A stretch of DNA of 44,994 bases from a virus (taxonomy: Duplodnaviria > Caudoviricetes). Of this stretch, positions 8,632-16,321 are shown piece after piece. A program made the position numbers and the translations under genes. Under the pieces are notes generated by a model. It was not told where the DNA came from. It did not search any database and saw nothing but the letters and a program-made list of their open reading frames with translations. How positions within the stretch are numbered: the first letter of the stretch is position 1; each line of letters opens with the position of its first letter. The stretch spans positions 1 through 44,994 of the IMG/VR virus record IMGVR_UViG_3300044472_000006. One strand, given 5' to 3'.

Positions 8632-8853
8632 CAAACTAATAAAAAGAGAGAAGAGAAACTATCGTCGTCATTCTGACATTTAGAGTCCGAATCTCATTCA
8701 AACTCGCTCCTTGTCGATAGACCTCTCCTCTAAAGAGGTATACGCATAACAAGGAGTCTTTGTTCTACCTTTTATGAGACTCTATTCTTAGATGGGACCC
8801 TAATTTGAGATTTGTATATTTGTAATTTTATTAACGTACATACTAGCGACAGC

Positions 8854-8869
8854 TGCAATTTCCATGCCA
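8854..8869 (-). promoter_or_regulatory. Sigma54-like -24/-12 element facing the leftward genes
   Basis: TGGCAT-GGAAA-TTGCA matches TGGCAC-N5-TTGCW. Confidence 0.55.
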
Positions 8870-9003
8870 GATGGGACCCGTAAAAAGACGTGTACGTATG
8901 TAAAAGATTGTCAAGGTTGTAAAATGTTTGTAAAATCTTTGATGTAAAAATTACAACTGGCATGAGAATTTTTCCCGTGCCAGGTAATTAATACCGACTC
9001 GGG

Positions 9004-9019
9004 CGGCACAGACTTTGCT
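9004..9019 (+). promoter_or_regulatory. Sigma54-like -24/-12 element
   Basis: CGGCAC-AGACT-TTGCT. Confidence 0.5.
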
Positions 9020-9134
9020 AATGCAAATACTATTCCATTAGACTTGTTAAAAATCATAAATAGTTGCGCGGGACTGTAAAGACATGTCACAGACAACAAT
9101 CATGCCAGGTAAAATCTCCCGATTGACTGACTAC

Positions 9135-9150
9135 TGCACAATCTGTGCCA
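9135..9150 (-). promoter_or_regulatory. Sigma54-like -24/-12 element
   Basis: TGGCAC-AGATT-GTGCA. Confidence 0.45.
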
Positions 9151-9262
9151 GGTTTAATTATGTAAAAAGAAGTGAAATGACCAGCGGTCAAATGTCCGAC
9201 TTTCGGACAAATGAAACATGTCAAGTGAAAGATTGTAAAAAGAAAGAAAGGGAAAGATTACC

Positions 9263-9278
9263 GGGCATAGGTCTTGCT
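9263..9278 (+). promoter_or_regulatory. Sigma54-like -24/-12 element upstream of the first rightward gene
   Basis: GGGCAT-AGGTC-TTGCT. Confidence 0.45.
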
Positions 9279-9348
9279 AGCAAATAAATCTTTTCAAAAT
9301 GGGAACCTTCTCAGGTCAAATCCGTACAGTCTAGTAAGGAGAGTTTAG

Positions 9349-9531
9349 ATGAGAAAGGGTTGGGATAAAGATCAGTATCTTCTCAAGACAATAGTCTCAG
9401 AGAAAGATGTACAAGCGGAAATCCTCAGAGAGGCTATCCGTCGGCTGGAAGAGGCAGGAACCTGCCACGCTAACTTCCATCTTCTGGCACTCACGCTTTT
9501 CGGTAACCAAATGGAGACCACTGAGAGATAG
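9349..9531 (+). CDS. Hypothetical early protein
   Basis: AAGGAG RBS upstream of the ATG. Confidence 0.6.
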   Translation: MRKGWDKDQYLLKTIVSEKDVQAEILREAIRRLEEAGTCHANFHLLALTLFGNQMETTER

Positions 9532-9535
9532 GATT

Positions 9536-9780
9536 CTGGGAACAAAGACGCTCCCAGACTCGTATAGCTCATTAGAGAGGGACGAGACAGACGAGCGAGG
9601 CAAAAAGGACACAGATGGGAAAAATGCCCGATCAGAAACTGGAGGCTAACGTCAAGGTTGCTTGCAATAGCGAAGGGTCGATAAAAACTTAGGGTAGCGC
9701 CTAATAAGATAATCGACCGCGGGACTAAAAAACCGAAACAGGGATTAAATCCTGGTAAGCAATCTTGACGCTAGCTTCCA
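9536..9780 (+). ncRNA. Candidate structured ncRNA (hairpin series plus a long-stem multibranch domain)
   Basis: ~25-bp closing stem 9640-9665/9755-9780 whose G-U pairs form only on the + strand. Internal stems are GGTCGAT/ATCGACC, TTAGG/CCTAA and CAGG/CCTG; upstream hairpins are TCTGGGA/TCCCAGA and CTCGT/ACGAG. Confidence 0.55.
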
Positions 9781-9815
9781 AAGAGAGCTAGAAAAGAAGA
9801 AAGGTTGAGAATCAA

Positions 9816-10223
9816 ATGAGTCTGAAGTTTGAGAGTGCGAAGGCAAAGACGGATGCTGGTGACGTCGAATACCAGCGAATCGTCGTAGATCCCGAGGACG
9901 CGGACGTTGATCTTCAGGAATTGCTTACGTTCTTTCAGAGCAATTCGATCCCGGTTGGTTACGAGAAGGTTTCCCGTGGCCGAGTAAAGGAAGATGAAAC
10001 GCGGGGAACGCCGGGGCTTATCAATTTCGCCCTCCGCGGTTACAATCAGAAGGTGTATACTGACACCGTCCTGGCCAACAAGGCTCCGGAAGATCCCGTG
10101 GTCAAGATGGCGGAGAAGCTTTGGGGAAAGGGCGAGGGGCTCTTCTCTCAGATCCCGGCTTTCGCTAACTGTACCTCGGCGGAGGAAATTGAGGCCCGTA
10201 TGCGTAAGGATGCTGCTGCGTAA
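9816..10223 (+). CDS. Hypothetical early protein (GC-richer codon usage; ends ...KDAAA)
   Basis: ORF track; protein-like composition. Confidence 0.75.
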   Translation: MSLKFESAKAKTDAGDVEYQRIVVDPEDADVDLQELLTFFQSNSIPVGYEKVSRGRVKEDETRGTPGLINFALRGYNQKVYTDTVLANKAPEDPVVKMAEKLWGKGEGLFSQIPAFANCTSAEEIEARMRKDAAA

Positions 10224-10261
10224 AAGTTTCGCACAGGTTTCCGGTAATCCTTAAAACCGGA

Positions 10262-10318
10262 CGTTTTATCCGAGTATCGAGAGTTTATCTTAGATCCTTT
10301 CGATACTCGACTAAAACG
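10262..10318 (+). other. Long intergenic hairpin (processing site or terminator)
   Basis: CGTTTTA..CGAGTATCGAGAG-loop-CTTTCGATACTCG..TAAAACG. Confidence 0.6.
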
Positions 10319-10327
10319 GAGGATTAG

Positions 10328-10483
10328 ATGAATACTCGTAAATGTACTAACTGTAAACAGACTAAACCCTGGTACTCTTCACTGCTCGCTTTCAGAAAGA
10401 CTTATCATTTCTGTTCAAAGACTTGTGAGGAAATTTTCAAAAATCAAAACTTCGAAAAAGAAAAGAAAAGGGATCTAGAATGA
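10328..10483 (+). CDS. 51-aa zinc-finger protein (CxxC...FCSxxC, TRASH/YHS-like)
   Basis: GGAGG RBS; MNTRKCTNCKQ...YHFCSKTCEE. Confidence 0.65.
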   Translation: MNTRKCTNCKQTKPWYSSLLAFRKTYHFCSKTCEEIFKNQNFEKEKKRDLE

Positions 10484-10662
10484 ATCCTGAAAAGTACAAG
10501 GCGCTTTAGGGTCGTTACGAGAACGAAAAGCGTAGACTTCGTAACGAGAGCCTTGAGCGTGCTGCTAGGGTCCTTGCTCTCGCTAAGAAGACGGACAACA
10601 TCACTATCAAACTCAAGGCTATGAAACTCTATCACAGTATCATGAACCGAGAGAATGAATAA
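10480..10662 (+). pseudogene. 61-codon reading frame interrupted by an in-frame TAG at codon 10
   Basis: MNPEKYKAL*GRYENEKRRLRNESLERAARVLALAKK...RENE. It overlaps the upstream stop (ATGA) and the downstream start (TAATG). Confidence 0.55.
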
Positions 10663-10856
10663 TGGAGAAGATATACTACTACGTCGATTGCACGTGTGCC
10701 CATCACGAACGGTTCCAATCCTTTCAAAACGAAACTTGTGCCAGAGACTACTACGACAAACTCTCTTGTCCACACAAGATTCTCTATACAGAAACCAACG
10801 ATCCAGAGAAACCGTTTCACACCCTCGAAGAATCCTTTAAGGATAACCTAAAATGA
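10662..10856 (+). CDS. Hypothetical protein (similar to the N-terminus of 12533..12781)
   Basis: YYVD...F...A..YY..L....KILY is shared with 12533..12781. Confidence 0.65.
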   Translation: MEKIYYYVDCTCAHHERFQSFQNETCARDYYDKLSCPHKILYTETNDPEKPFHTLEESFKDNLK

Positions 10857-11077
10857 ACAAATCAAAACTTGTCGAGTACAAAAACATGTACGTAGTCCTT
10901 CTCCCAAATGAAAAACATATAATCTGTATGGGTTGTGACAATAAGTGGGATGATAACTACGTCTACTACTACTACGACTACTACTACTACTACTACTACT
11001 ACGACTACGACTGTGACTACTACTACGACTACTACTACTACGACTACAAACCGGATATCTCAAATAAAGGAATCTAA
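10853..11077 (+). CDS. Small protein with CxxC and a Tyr/Asp low-complexity tract
   Basis: ATGA-coupled to the upstream gene; stop is 1 nt before the next ATG. Confidence 0.55.
   Translation: MNKSKLVEYKNMYVVLLPNEKHIICMGCDNKWDDNYVYYYYDYYYYYYYYDYDCDYYYDYYYYDYKPDISNKGI
10955..11047. repeat. (TAC/GAC)n trinucleotide microsatellite, about 31 units
   Basis: Directly visible ACTACTACT/ACGACT array. Confidence 0.95.
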
Positions 11078-11078
11078 A

Positions 11079-11345
11079 ATGAATAAACACAAATGTCTAG
11101 TCTGTTCTAACTCTTTCCCTTGTGATCTAAGCCTCTGCTCGGAGAAAGAGTCAAATTCAATCTGTGAAGGATGTTTGATCGACTCACCAGGATTAGAGAA
11201 GCTTCTAGATCAATTCTTTCCTTACGATTCTCGAGAATTCGCTCGACGAGTTTATCGTAATGGGAAAGATAACCGGGATTTTGACACTGATGGATGGGAG
11301 AGTAGTGCCAGACGTTATTCTGGCATAAGGCGTTCCCGTTTATAA
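11079..11345 (+). CDS. Cys-rich hypothetical protein (start MNKHKCLVC)
   Basis: AAGGA RBS; CxxC, CxxxxC, CxxC. Confidence 0.6.
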   Translation: MNKHKCLVCSNSFPCDLSLCSEKESNSICEGCLIDSPGLEKLLDQFFPYDSREFARRVYRNGKDNRDFDTDGWESSARRYSGIRRSRL

Positions 11346-11379
11346 GTCTTAATCTTAATATCCTTAACAATACCCTTAA

Positions 11380-11964
11380 CATACCTTGTAGGTGTCCTTA
11401 ACTTAGGACACTTTGTAAGAATTTCAGAGACTTTTTCTGGATTTTTCCGCTCTTTTTCTCCCCTTTTTCCGCTCTTTTTCCTGGTTTTTTCTGGATTTTT
11501 TGGGGGTTAAGTCTTTGACTGGTATAGAGATAGGCTGGAAGAGAGATAGGTATCTGACCCCGGGGAGGGGTGTGTGTCAAGCTTGCCACGGTGTCCGAAA
11601 ATGGGAAAAGTGTCCGGTTCCGGACAGTGTCCGGTAATGGGATGGTCGTTAGTACCCTTCTATATTATATATGATATATATACATATATATGAATCAATC
11701 ATCCAACCTCTTGGATCGGCAATTTTTCCCGTGTCTCTTTTACCACACTGTCCTCTTTTCTGGACGTGTCCACCTTGACACAACCCCCCTACCTGGGTAG
11801 AGATACCTACCTCTTAACGGAACATTCCGGCCGTAAGATCCGTATACTCCGTTAGATGCGACCCTCCACGACACAGAAAAAATACGGAAAAACCGGAGAA
11901 AAAACCCGGAAAAAAGCCGGAAAATCTCAGAAAAAACCTCTGTAAAACCTACAAACAAGGTATG
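11380..11964. repeat. ~600-bp imperfect inverted repeat with phased T-/A-tracts and a central TA run; candidate replication origin
   Basis: CATACCTTGT (11380)/ACAAGGTATG (11955); GGTATCT...GTGTCAAG/CTTGACAC...AGATACC; T-tracts 11430-11502 mirrored by A-tracts 11877-11937; TA-rich core 11661-11692. Confidence 0.75.
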
Positions 11965-12027
11965 AAAGGTTAAAAGAGTACATTTAAAAGATAATCGAGA
12001 ACAGATCTTTCAAAGGAAAGTAATCAA

Positions 12028-12531
12028 ATGACAATCGAGATAAATAAAGAATCGGGAGAATTCGAGCCGCGCCGGGAGAATCACTCCAGCGAAACACCGC
12101 CGACTGTTTCAAAGAATTATGCTAACATCTCGAATATACAATCGGCAATGAAGAAAGAGGATTTCATGGCTCATTTCAACGAGATTCTGAATAAATCTCC
12201 TAAAGAGCTACTCTCTTCTCTCTACTGTCAAGTACCAGATAAGATGATAGCAGATATGACACCGGACGAGAAATTGGAATTCATTCACTTTCTCGATACA
12301 GCACAGAAGATTCAAAAAGTCTACTGTATGTCTGTAAAGGTTCAATTGGACGAGGAGATTGAATCTTCCGATATCGAGACAAAAAAGCGAATTCGGGCCG
12401 CCGATGAAAAGTATATCGTAAAGCCAATTGAAGAAGTCAAAAAGAAGACAGATCAAGAGAAAGCAATTGCTCTTTTGAAGAAAGCCGGTCTTTCAGACGA
12501 TACTATTGCAAACATGCTGAAGGGAAAGTAA
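12028..12531 (+). CDS. Hypothetical protein
   Basis: AAGGA RBS; helical, charged protein. Confidence 0.75.
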   Translation: MTIEINKESGEFEPRRENHSSETPPTVSKNYANISNIQSAMKKEDFMAHFNEILNKSPKELLSSLYCQVPDKMIADMTPDEKLEFIHFLDTAQKIQKVYCMSVKVQLDEEIESSDIETKKRIRAADEKYIVKPIEEVKKKTDQEKAIALLKKAGLSDDTIANMLKGK

Positions 12532-12532
12532 A

Positions 12533-12781
12533 ATGAAATACTACGTTGACACTGACAGAATTCAAGACGACTGGCGAGAGTTTGAAGACTTCGGCGCGGC
12601 TGAGAAGTATTACAATTCCCTCGACGAAGGATTCAATAAAATCCTCTACAACGAAAAATTTGAGACAATCTCAGAGCATTTAGAAAGTAAAGTGCACAAG
12701 TGTCTAGGACAGCTGAAGTGTAAACTTTGTAAGTGTACTCACTTCATTTGTAAGCATTGCCGAAAGGAGGCTGAAAAGTGA
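12533..12781 (+). CDS. Hypothetical protein with C-terminal Cys cluster
   Basis: HKC...CKLC.C...CKHC. Confidence 0.65.
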   Translation: MKYYVDTDRIQDDWREFEDFGAAEKYYNSLDEGFNKILYNEKFETISEHLESKVHKCLGQLKCKLCKCTHFICKHCRKEAEK

Positions 12782-12993
12782 AATATCAAGTCTTCGAAAG
12801 CGGAAGGCCAGCGCAGTATCCTAACTGCAAGGTCGCTCCGTGCTGGAATAATTCAACATTCAATTCCTTCATTGAGGCATACAACTACGCAAAGAATTGG
12901 TGCGGAAATTTCTGGCCAGGATCATTGATCCTAAATAAACCAGTTGATATTTCAGGATACGGAGATACAATCGAAATTCGAAGGATTGACTAA
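12778..12993 (+). CDS. Hypothetical protein
   Basis: AGGAGG RBS; GTGA overlap with the previous gene. Confidence 0.65.
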   Translation: MKYQVFESGRPAQYPNCKVAPCWNNSTFNSFIEAYNYAKNWCGNFWPGSLILNKPVDISGYGDTIEIRRID

Positions 12994-12994
12994 A

Positions 12995-13300
12995 ATGTGC
13001 TACGAAGAGAATTGTCCCCATTCTATCTACTGCAGCTGCGAGGATTGTATGAAATTCACAAAGCAAAAGAGAGATGCTTACTATAATAAGTTTGATATCG
13101 TCGAAGCATATTACTTGTTCTTCTCTAATTATCACGAAGGTCAAGGAAGTGATAAGTACAGAAGGCTAAGTAAGATGTCTTACTTCAAGCCAAGATTTTC
13201 TCTCACTTACAAAGCTCTCTCTGAGAACTCAAAGAATATCTACGACAATCTTGTAGATAATTATCGTGATAGCATCTACTATCATGATTACAAGTATTAG
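12995..13300 (+). CDS. Hypothetical protein (start MCYEENC)
   Basis: ORF track; tight packing. Confidence 0.6.
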   Translation: MCYEENCPHSIYCSCEDCMKFTKQKRDAYYNKFDIVEAYYLFFSNYHEGQGSDKYRRLSKMSYFKPRFSLTYKALSENSKNIYDNLVDNYRDSIYYHDYKY

Positions 13301-13308
13301 AATAAAAA

Positions 13309-15240
13309 ATGAGACTTCTAACTAACTGTCCTAAATGCGGCGTAAAGGCGATCAATAAATCTACTTTCACTCTTCAAGGTAAGAAGTATATAGAACTAAA
13401 GTGCCGCCACGTAATCATCGAAGAAGAAGGAAAGGAAGAGGATTACTCAGACTATCAATCTTCCGACGGCCGAAGACTCTATCCATTTCAAGTTGAATCC
13501 TGCCACTTTCTCGAAAAGGCTAACTTCAATGGTCTAGTTGCCCATGAAATGGGTCTGGGTAAAACAGTAATCTCTCTTGCCGTGCTTAAAAAGCATCCTG
13601 AATTACTCCCATGTATGATCTTGACCAAAGCAGGATTGAAGTATCAATGGTATTCAGAAATCATCCGCTGGACAGGTCTCGTCCCTCAAATTATCGAAGG
13701 AAACGATGCTCCTTTGACTTCTATCTTCAAGATTTTCATTGTCTCAATCGATAAACTAAGATCAGCAGAATGGCTAGATACTATTCAAGTCAAGACTGTC
13801 ATTCTTGACGAGTGTCAGTCGATTAAGAATCTTCAGAGTAAACGAGCACATCATGTAATGAAACTCGTTAAAGAAGGATTTAGAGAGAAGATCGTAGATC
13901 ATAATAATTCGACAGAACGAATTACAATGATCGCCCGCGACCTTTTTAAATATCATGGCATCTCTGAAAGATTTGAATTAAAGTTCTCAAATCTTGGCTC
14001 TTATAAACTCGGTGAGTGTTCAGTTCGAGCCGCCGGCGAAGGAATTATTAAAGGAGTCATTCGTATTTCAAAGTCCCACGCGGAGAAAGACTCTGAAGAT
14101 AACGTAATCGAAACAATTCTTCATGAGATTACACATGCAATAACTCCCGGCGCCGGACATAGAGATATCTGGTTCAAAACAGCGAAAGATATCGGTTGTA
14201 CCGAAGGTGCAGTTTCTTGGTGTGATGGAACGATTGAAAAGAAGGAAGAATTTACTGAGAAAGTTAAAGTAATCGCTCTTTCTGGAACGCCAATCAAGAA
14301 TAGAATTGACGAATACTTTCCAATTCTAAACATCCTCAAACCTGAAATCTTCTCTTCTTATCAATCTTTCATGTGCAATTGGGTAGGGAGTTATTTCGAT
14401 GGCAGAAAGACTCGTTCTGGCCGTTTGGTCGATCCGGAAAGATTTAAAGAGAGAACTAAAGACTTTATCATTCGATATGAGCGAAATGAAGTCCTACCCG
14501 ATCTACCGAAGATCAATCGTATGTTCAGGTACGCCGATCTTGGTGCGGACATCGAAAAACTCTACAAGAAAGAAGTAGAACGATTTAGTGAATTCTATGA
14601 CCAAAAAGATGGTAAGGTTGGAGGAAAAAATCAAGGAGAGACTCTAGCTTTTCTTACTCGTATGAGACACTTGACCGGCCGCGGCAAGATTGATATGACA
14701 ATCGATTTTGTCTCAGAGTTTCTTATCGAGACGGATCGAAAGATTGTAATTTTTACTCATCATGATGATGTCCATCAAAGTATCAAATCCAAACTTACCT
14801 CTATTTGTAACGACGGCGGCTTCAATCCTCCTCTATCTCTAGTTTCATCTTTGACTCCGGAGGAGAGAAATAAGACCGTTCTTAAGTTTGCTGAGAACGG
14901 CAATCGAATAATGATCGCTTCAACTCTGGCCGCCGGCGAGGGTTTAAATCTTCAGTTTTGCTCTGATTGTATTCTCCATGAAAGACAATGGAATCCGGCA
15001 AATGAGGAACAAGCTGAAGGAAGATTCTCTAGAATCGGCGCGGCTTTTTCTTCTGTCGATGCAACTTACATGATTGCACTTGGATCAATTGATGAATTCT
15101 TTACAAAGCTGGTAGAGAATAAGCGTAGAATCGTTCACGAAGCTTTGGACGGTAGGAAAGCTAATTGGGACGAGTCAGAAGTTCTTCAGGATCTATCCGA
15201 CATGATTCGTGAGCATGGAAGGAAAGAGTGGGGATTTTAA
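13309..15240 (+). CDS. SNF2-family helicase/translocase with N-terminal zinc finger and an inserted SprT-like HEXXH domain
   Basis: LYPFQ, EMGLGKT, ILDECQ, LSGTP, GEGLNL, WNP..EQAEGR; insert contains ILHEITHA...GH...W. Confidence 0.9.
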   Translation: MRLLTNCPKCGVKAINKSTFTLQGKKYIELKCRHVIIEEEGKEEDYSDYQSSDGRRLYPFQVESCHFLEKANFNGLVAHEMGLGKTVISLAVLKKHPELLPCMILTKAGLKYQWYSEIIRWTGLVPQIIEGNDAPLTSIFKIFIVSIDKLRSAEWLDTIQVKTVILDECQSIKNLQSKRAHHVMKLVKEGFREKIVDHNNSTERITMIARDLFKYHGISERFELKFSNLGSYKLGECSVRAAGEGIIKGVIRISKSHAEKDSEDNVIETILHEITHAITPGAGHRDIWFKTAKDIGCTEGAVSWCDGTIEKKEEFTEKVKVIALSGTPIKNRIDEYFPILNILKPEIFSSYQSFMCNWVGSYFDGRKTRSGRLVDPERFKERTKDFIIRYERNEVLPDLPKINRMFRYADLGADIEKLYKKEVERFSEFYDQKDGKVGGKNQGETLAFLTRMRHLTGRGKIDMTIDFVSEFLIETDRKIVIFTHHDDVHQSIKSKLTSICNDGGFNPPLSLVSSLTPEERNKTVLKFAENGNRIMIASTLAAGEGLNLQFCSDCILHERQWNPANEEQAEGRFSRIGAAFSSVDATYMIALGSIDEFFTKLVENKRRIVHEALDGRKANWDESEVLQDLSDMIREHGRKEWGF

Positions 15241-15241
15241 A

Positions 15242-15415
15242 ATGAGTCAAAAGTTCTACATTACCCCGAAAGGAAATAAATATGATTCTCTTCTCATTGA
15301 AGAGATCCTTAAAAAGGATCTTATTAACAGTGAGCTTATTCTTCCAGAGGATAAGGAGTTCTTTCAACTCGTCTATAACACATATTGGCAATCACCGAGT
15401 CACACACGACAGTGA
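15242..15415 (+). CDS. Hypothetical protein (start MSQKFY)
   Basis: Directly follows the helicase stop. Confidence 0.5.
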   Translation: MSQKFYITPKGNKYDSLLIEEILKKDLINSELILPEDKEFFQLVYNTYWQSPSHTRQ

Positions 15416-15454
15416 ATACTGGTATGAATATAGATTTGGAATTTGTATAAATAA

Positions 15455-15637
15455 ATGGAAGCTATGACTAAGACAATGACTCACGAACACTTCTGTCCTC
15501 TTTGTAATTCATTCTATGAATGTATAGAATCATACTGTGCCCCCGGACAAGTAACTCACGATAAACAAATGTACTGTTTCAAATGCTGCACTACGATGGT
15601 TGAGAGGAAAGTTGAGAAAAACTATGAGACTGACTGA
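15455..15637 (+). CDS. Small Cys-rich protein
   Basis: HFCPLC...C...C...CFKC; same spacing style as 11079..11345. Confidence 0.55.
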   Translation: MEAMTKTMTHEHFCPLCNSFYECIESYCAPGQVTHDKQMYCFKCCTTMVERKVEKNYETD

Positions 15638-15794
15638 TCTAATTAATAAACTTCAAGATAGAGAGTCTATTAACGAAGACCCGGAGGTTTTTATAATCGA
15701 CTCTCAGGGTAAAGAGGTAAAAATCTTTGATGTAGTCCACTGGTATAACTCCACTGTTATCGGAATCGATGCTTTGATTAAAGAAAACGAATAA
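15624..15794 (+). CDS. Hypothetical protein (start MRLTDLINKL)
   Basis: M..(D/E)LI..L...DPEV pattern common in small phage proteins. Confidence 0.55.
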   Translation: MRLTDLINKLQDRESINEDPEVFIIDSQGKEVKIFDVVHWYNSTVIGIDALIKENE

Positions 15795-15806
15795 TAGGAG
15801 AAACAA

Positions 15807-16073
15807 GTGAATCTCACAATCCCACTCATTCTATCTAAAGCCCTCGAGTTAGGATCTACAGAATATGCATTGTCTCACGGGGCAAGAGAAATTAATCCTC
15901 TTCTCCAGAATCGAAGCGCTCGTATCGCTATCAATACTTCTTATGGTTCTGTTTCTGCTCTCACGTATAAAGAACTCCATAAGCGAAAGCCTATCTTGGC
16001 TAATGTGGTTGCTGGTATTGTTATTGTTGGAAATTCCTATTTGGTTCTTAGGAATGTGAGGAATTCTCGATAG
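15807..16073 (+). CDS. Membrane protein, DUF5658-like (GAxExNP)
   Basis: STEYALSHGAREINPLL plus a C-terminal hydrophobic helix; AGGAG RBS. Confidence 0.55.
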   Translation: MNLTIPLILSKALELGSTEYALSHGAREINPLLQNRSARIAINTSYGSVSALTYKELHKRKPILANVVAGIVIVGNSYLVLRNVRNSR

Positions 16074-16122
16074 TAGGTTAATTATTTCAGTAAGTTAAAC
16101 CCTCCAAATTTTAGAGTTTCTA

Positions 16123-16314
16123 ATGAACCGATATCAAGTCGTCGTAATCAAGTCTATTCGTGAGACCTATTATATCAATACTGATACTGCTGAAAGCGCA
16201 GAAGATTTGATCTATGATCAGGTTCTAGATACAGAAATTCAGCTCAAACCTGACCTTATCGAAGTTAAGGATAGTTTCATTCAATCAGTTACTGATTTAG
16301 GATCTATTGAGTAA
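16123..16314 (+). CDS. Hypothetical acidic protein
   Basis: ORF track. Confidence 0.6.
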   Translation: MNRYQVVVIKSIRETYYINTDTAESAEDLIYDQVLDTEIQLKPDLIEVKDSFIQSVTDLGSIE

Positions 16315-16321
16315 TTTATGC

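Noticed and set aside
8100-8760. Complete tmRNA gene
   Set aside because: No tRNA-like 5' GGGG..GAC end or T-arm/CCA end found near the tag-like frame.
9640-9780. Hammerhead ribozyme
   Set aside because: GAAAC...GUA is present, but the CUGANGA core is missing.
10507-10509. Genome-wide TAG recoding
   Set aside because: Long genes are intact in the standard code, and many end in TAG immediately before the next gene.
10955-11047. DGR variable repeat (NAC codons)
   Set aside because: No reverse transcriptase and no AAC-rich template copy seen in a near-complete genome; the pattern is a simple microsatellite.
10935-11078. Poly-Thr (+) and poly-Ser (-) readings of the microsatellite
   Set aside because: They lack RBS or coupling; the Tyr frame is coupled on both sides and the next gene has its own RBS at 11079.
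11380-11964. CRISPR array, transposon ends or protelomerase site; ORFs 11398..11589 and 11740..11958
   Set aside because: No repeat-spacer periodicity, no transposase or telomere resolvase, and the centre is not a perfect palindrome. The ORFs are low-complexity translations of the tracts.
13876-14262. Intein in the SNF2 helicase
   Set aside because: No N-terminal C/S block, no C-terminal HN-[CST] and no LAGLIDADG motifs; HEXXH is present instead.
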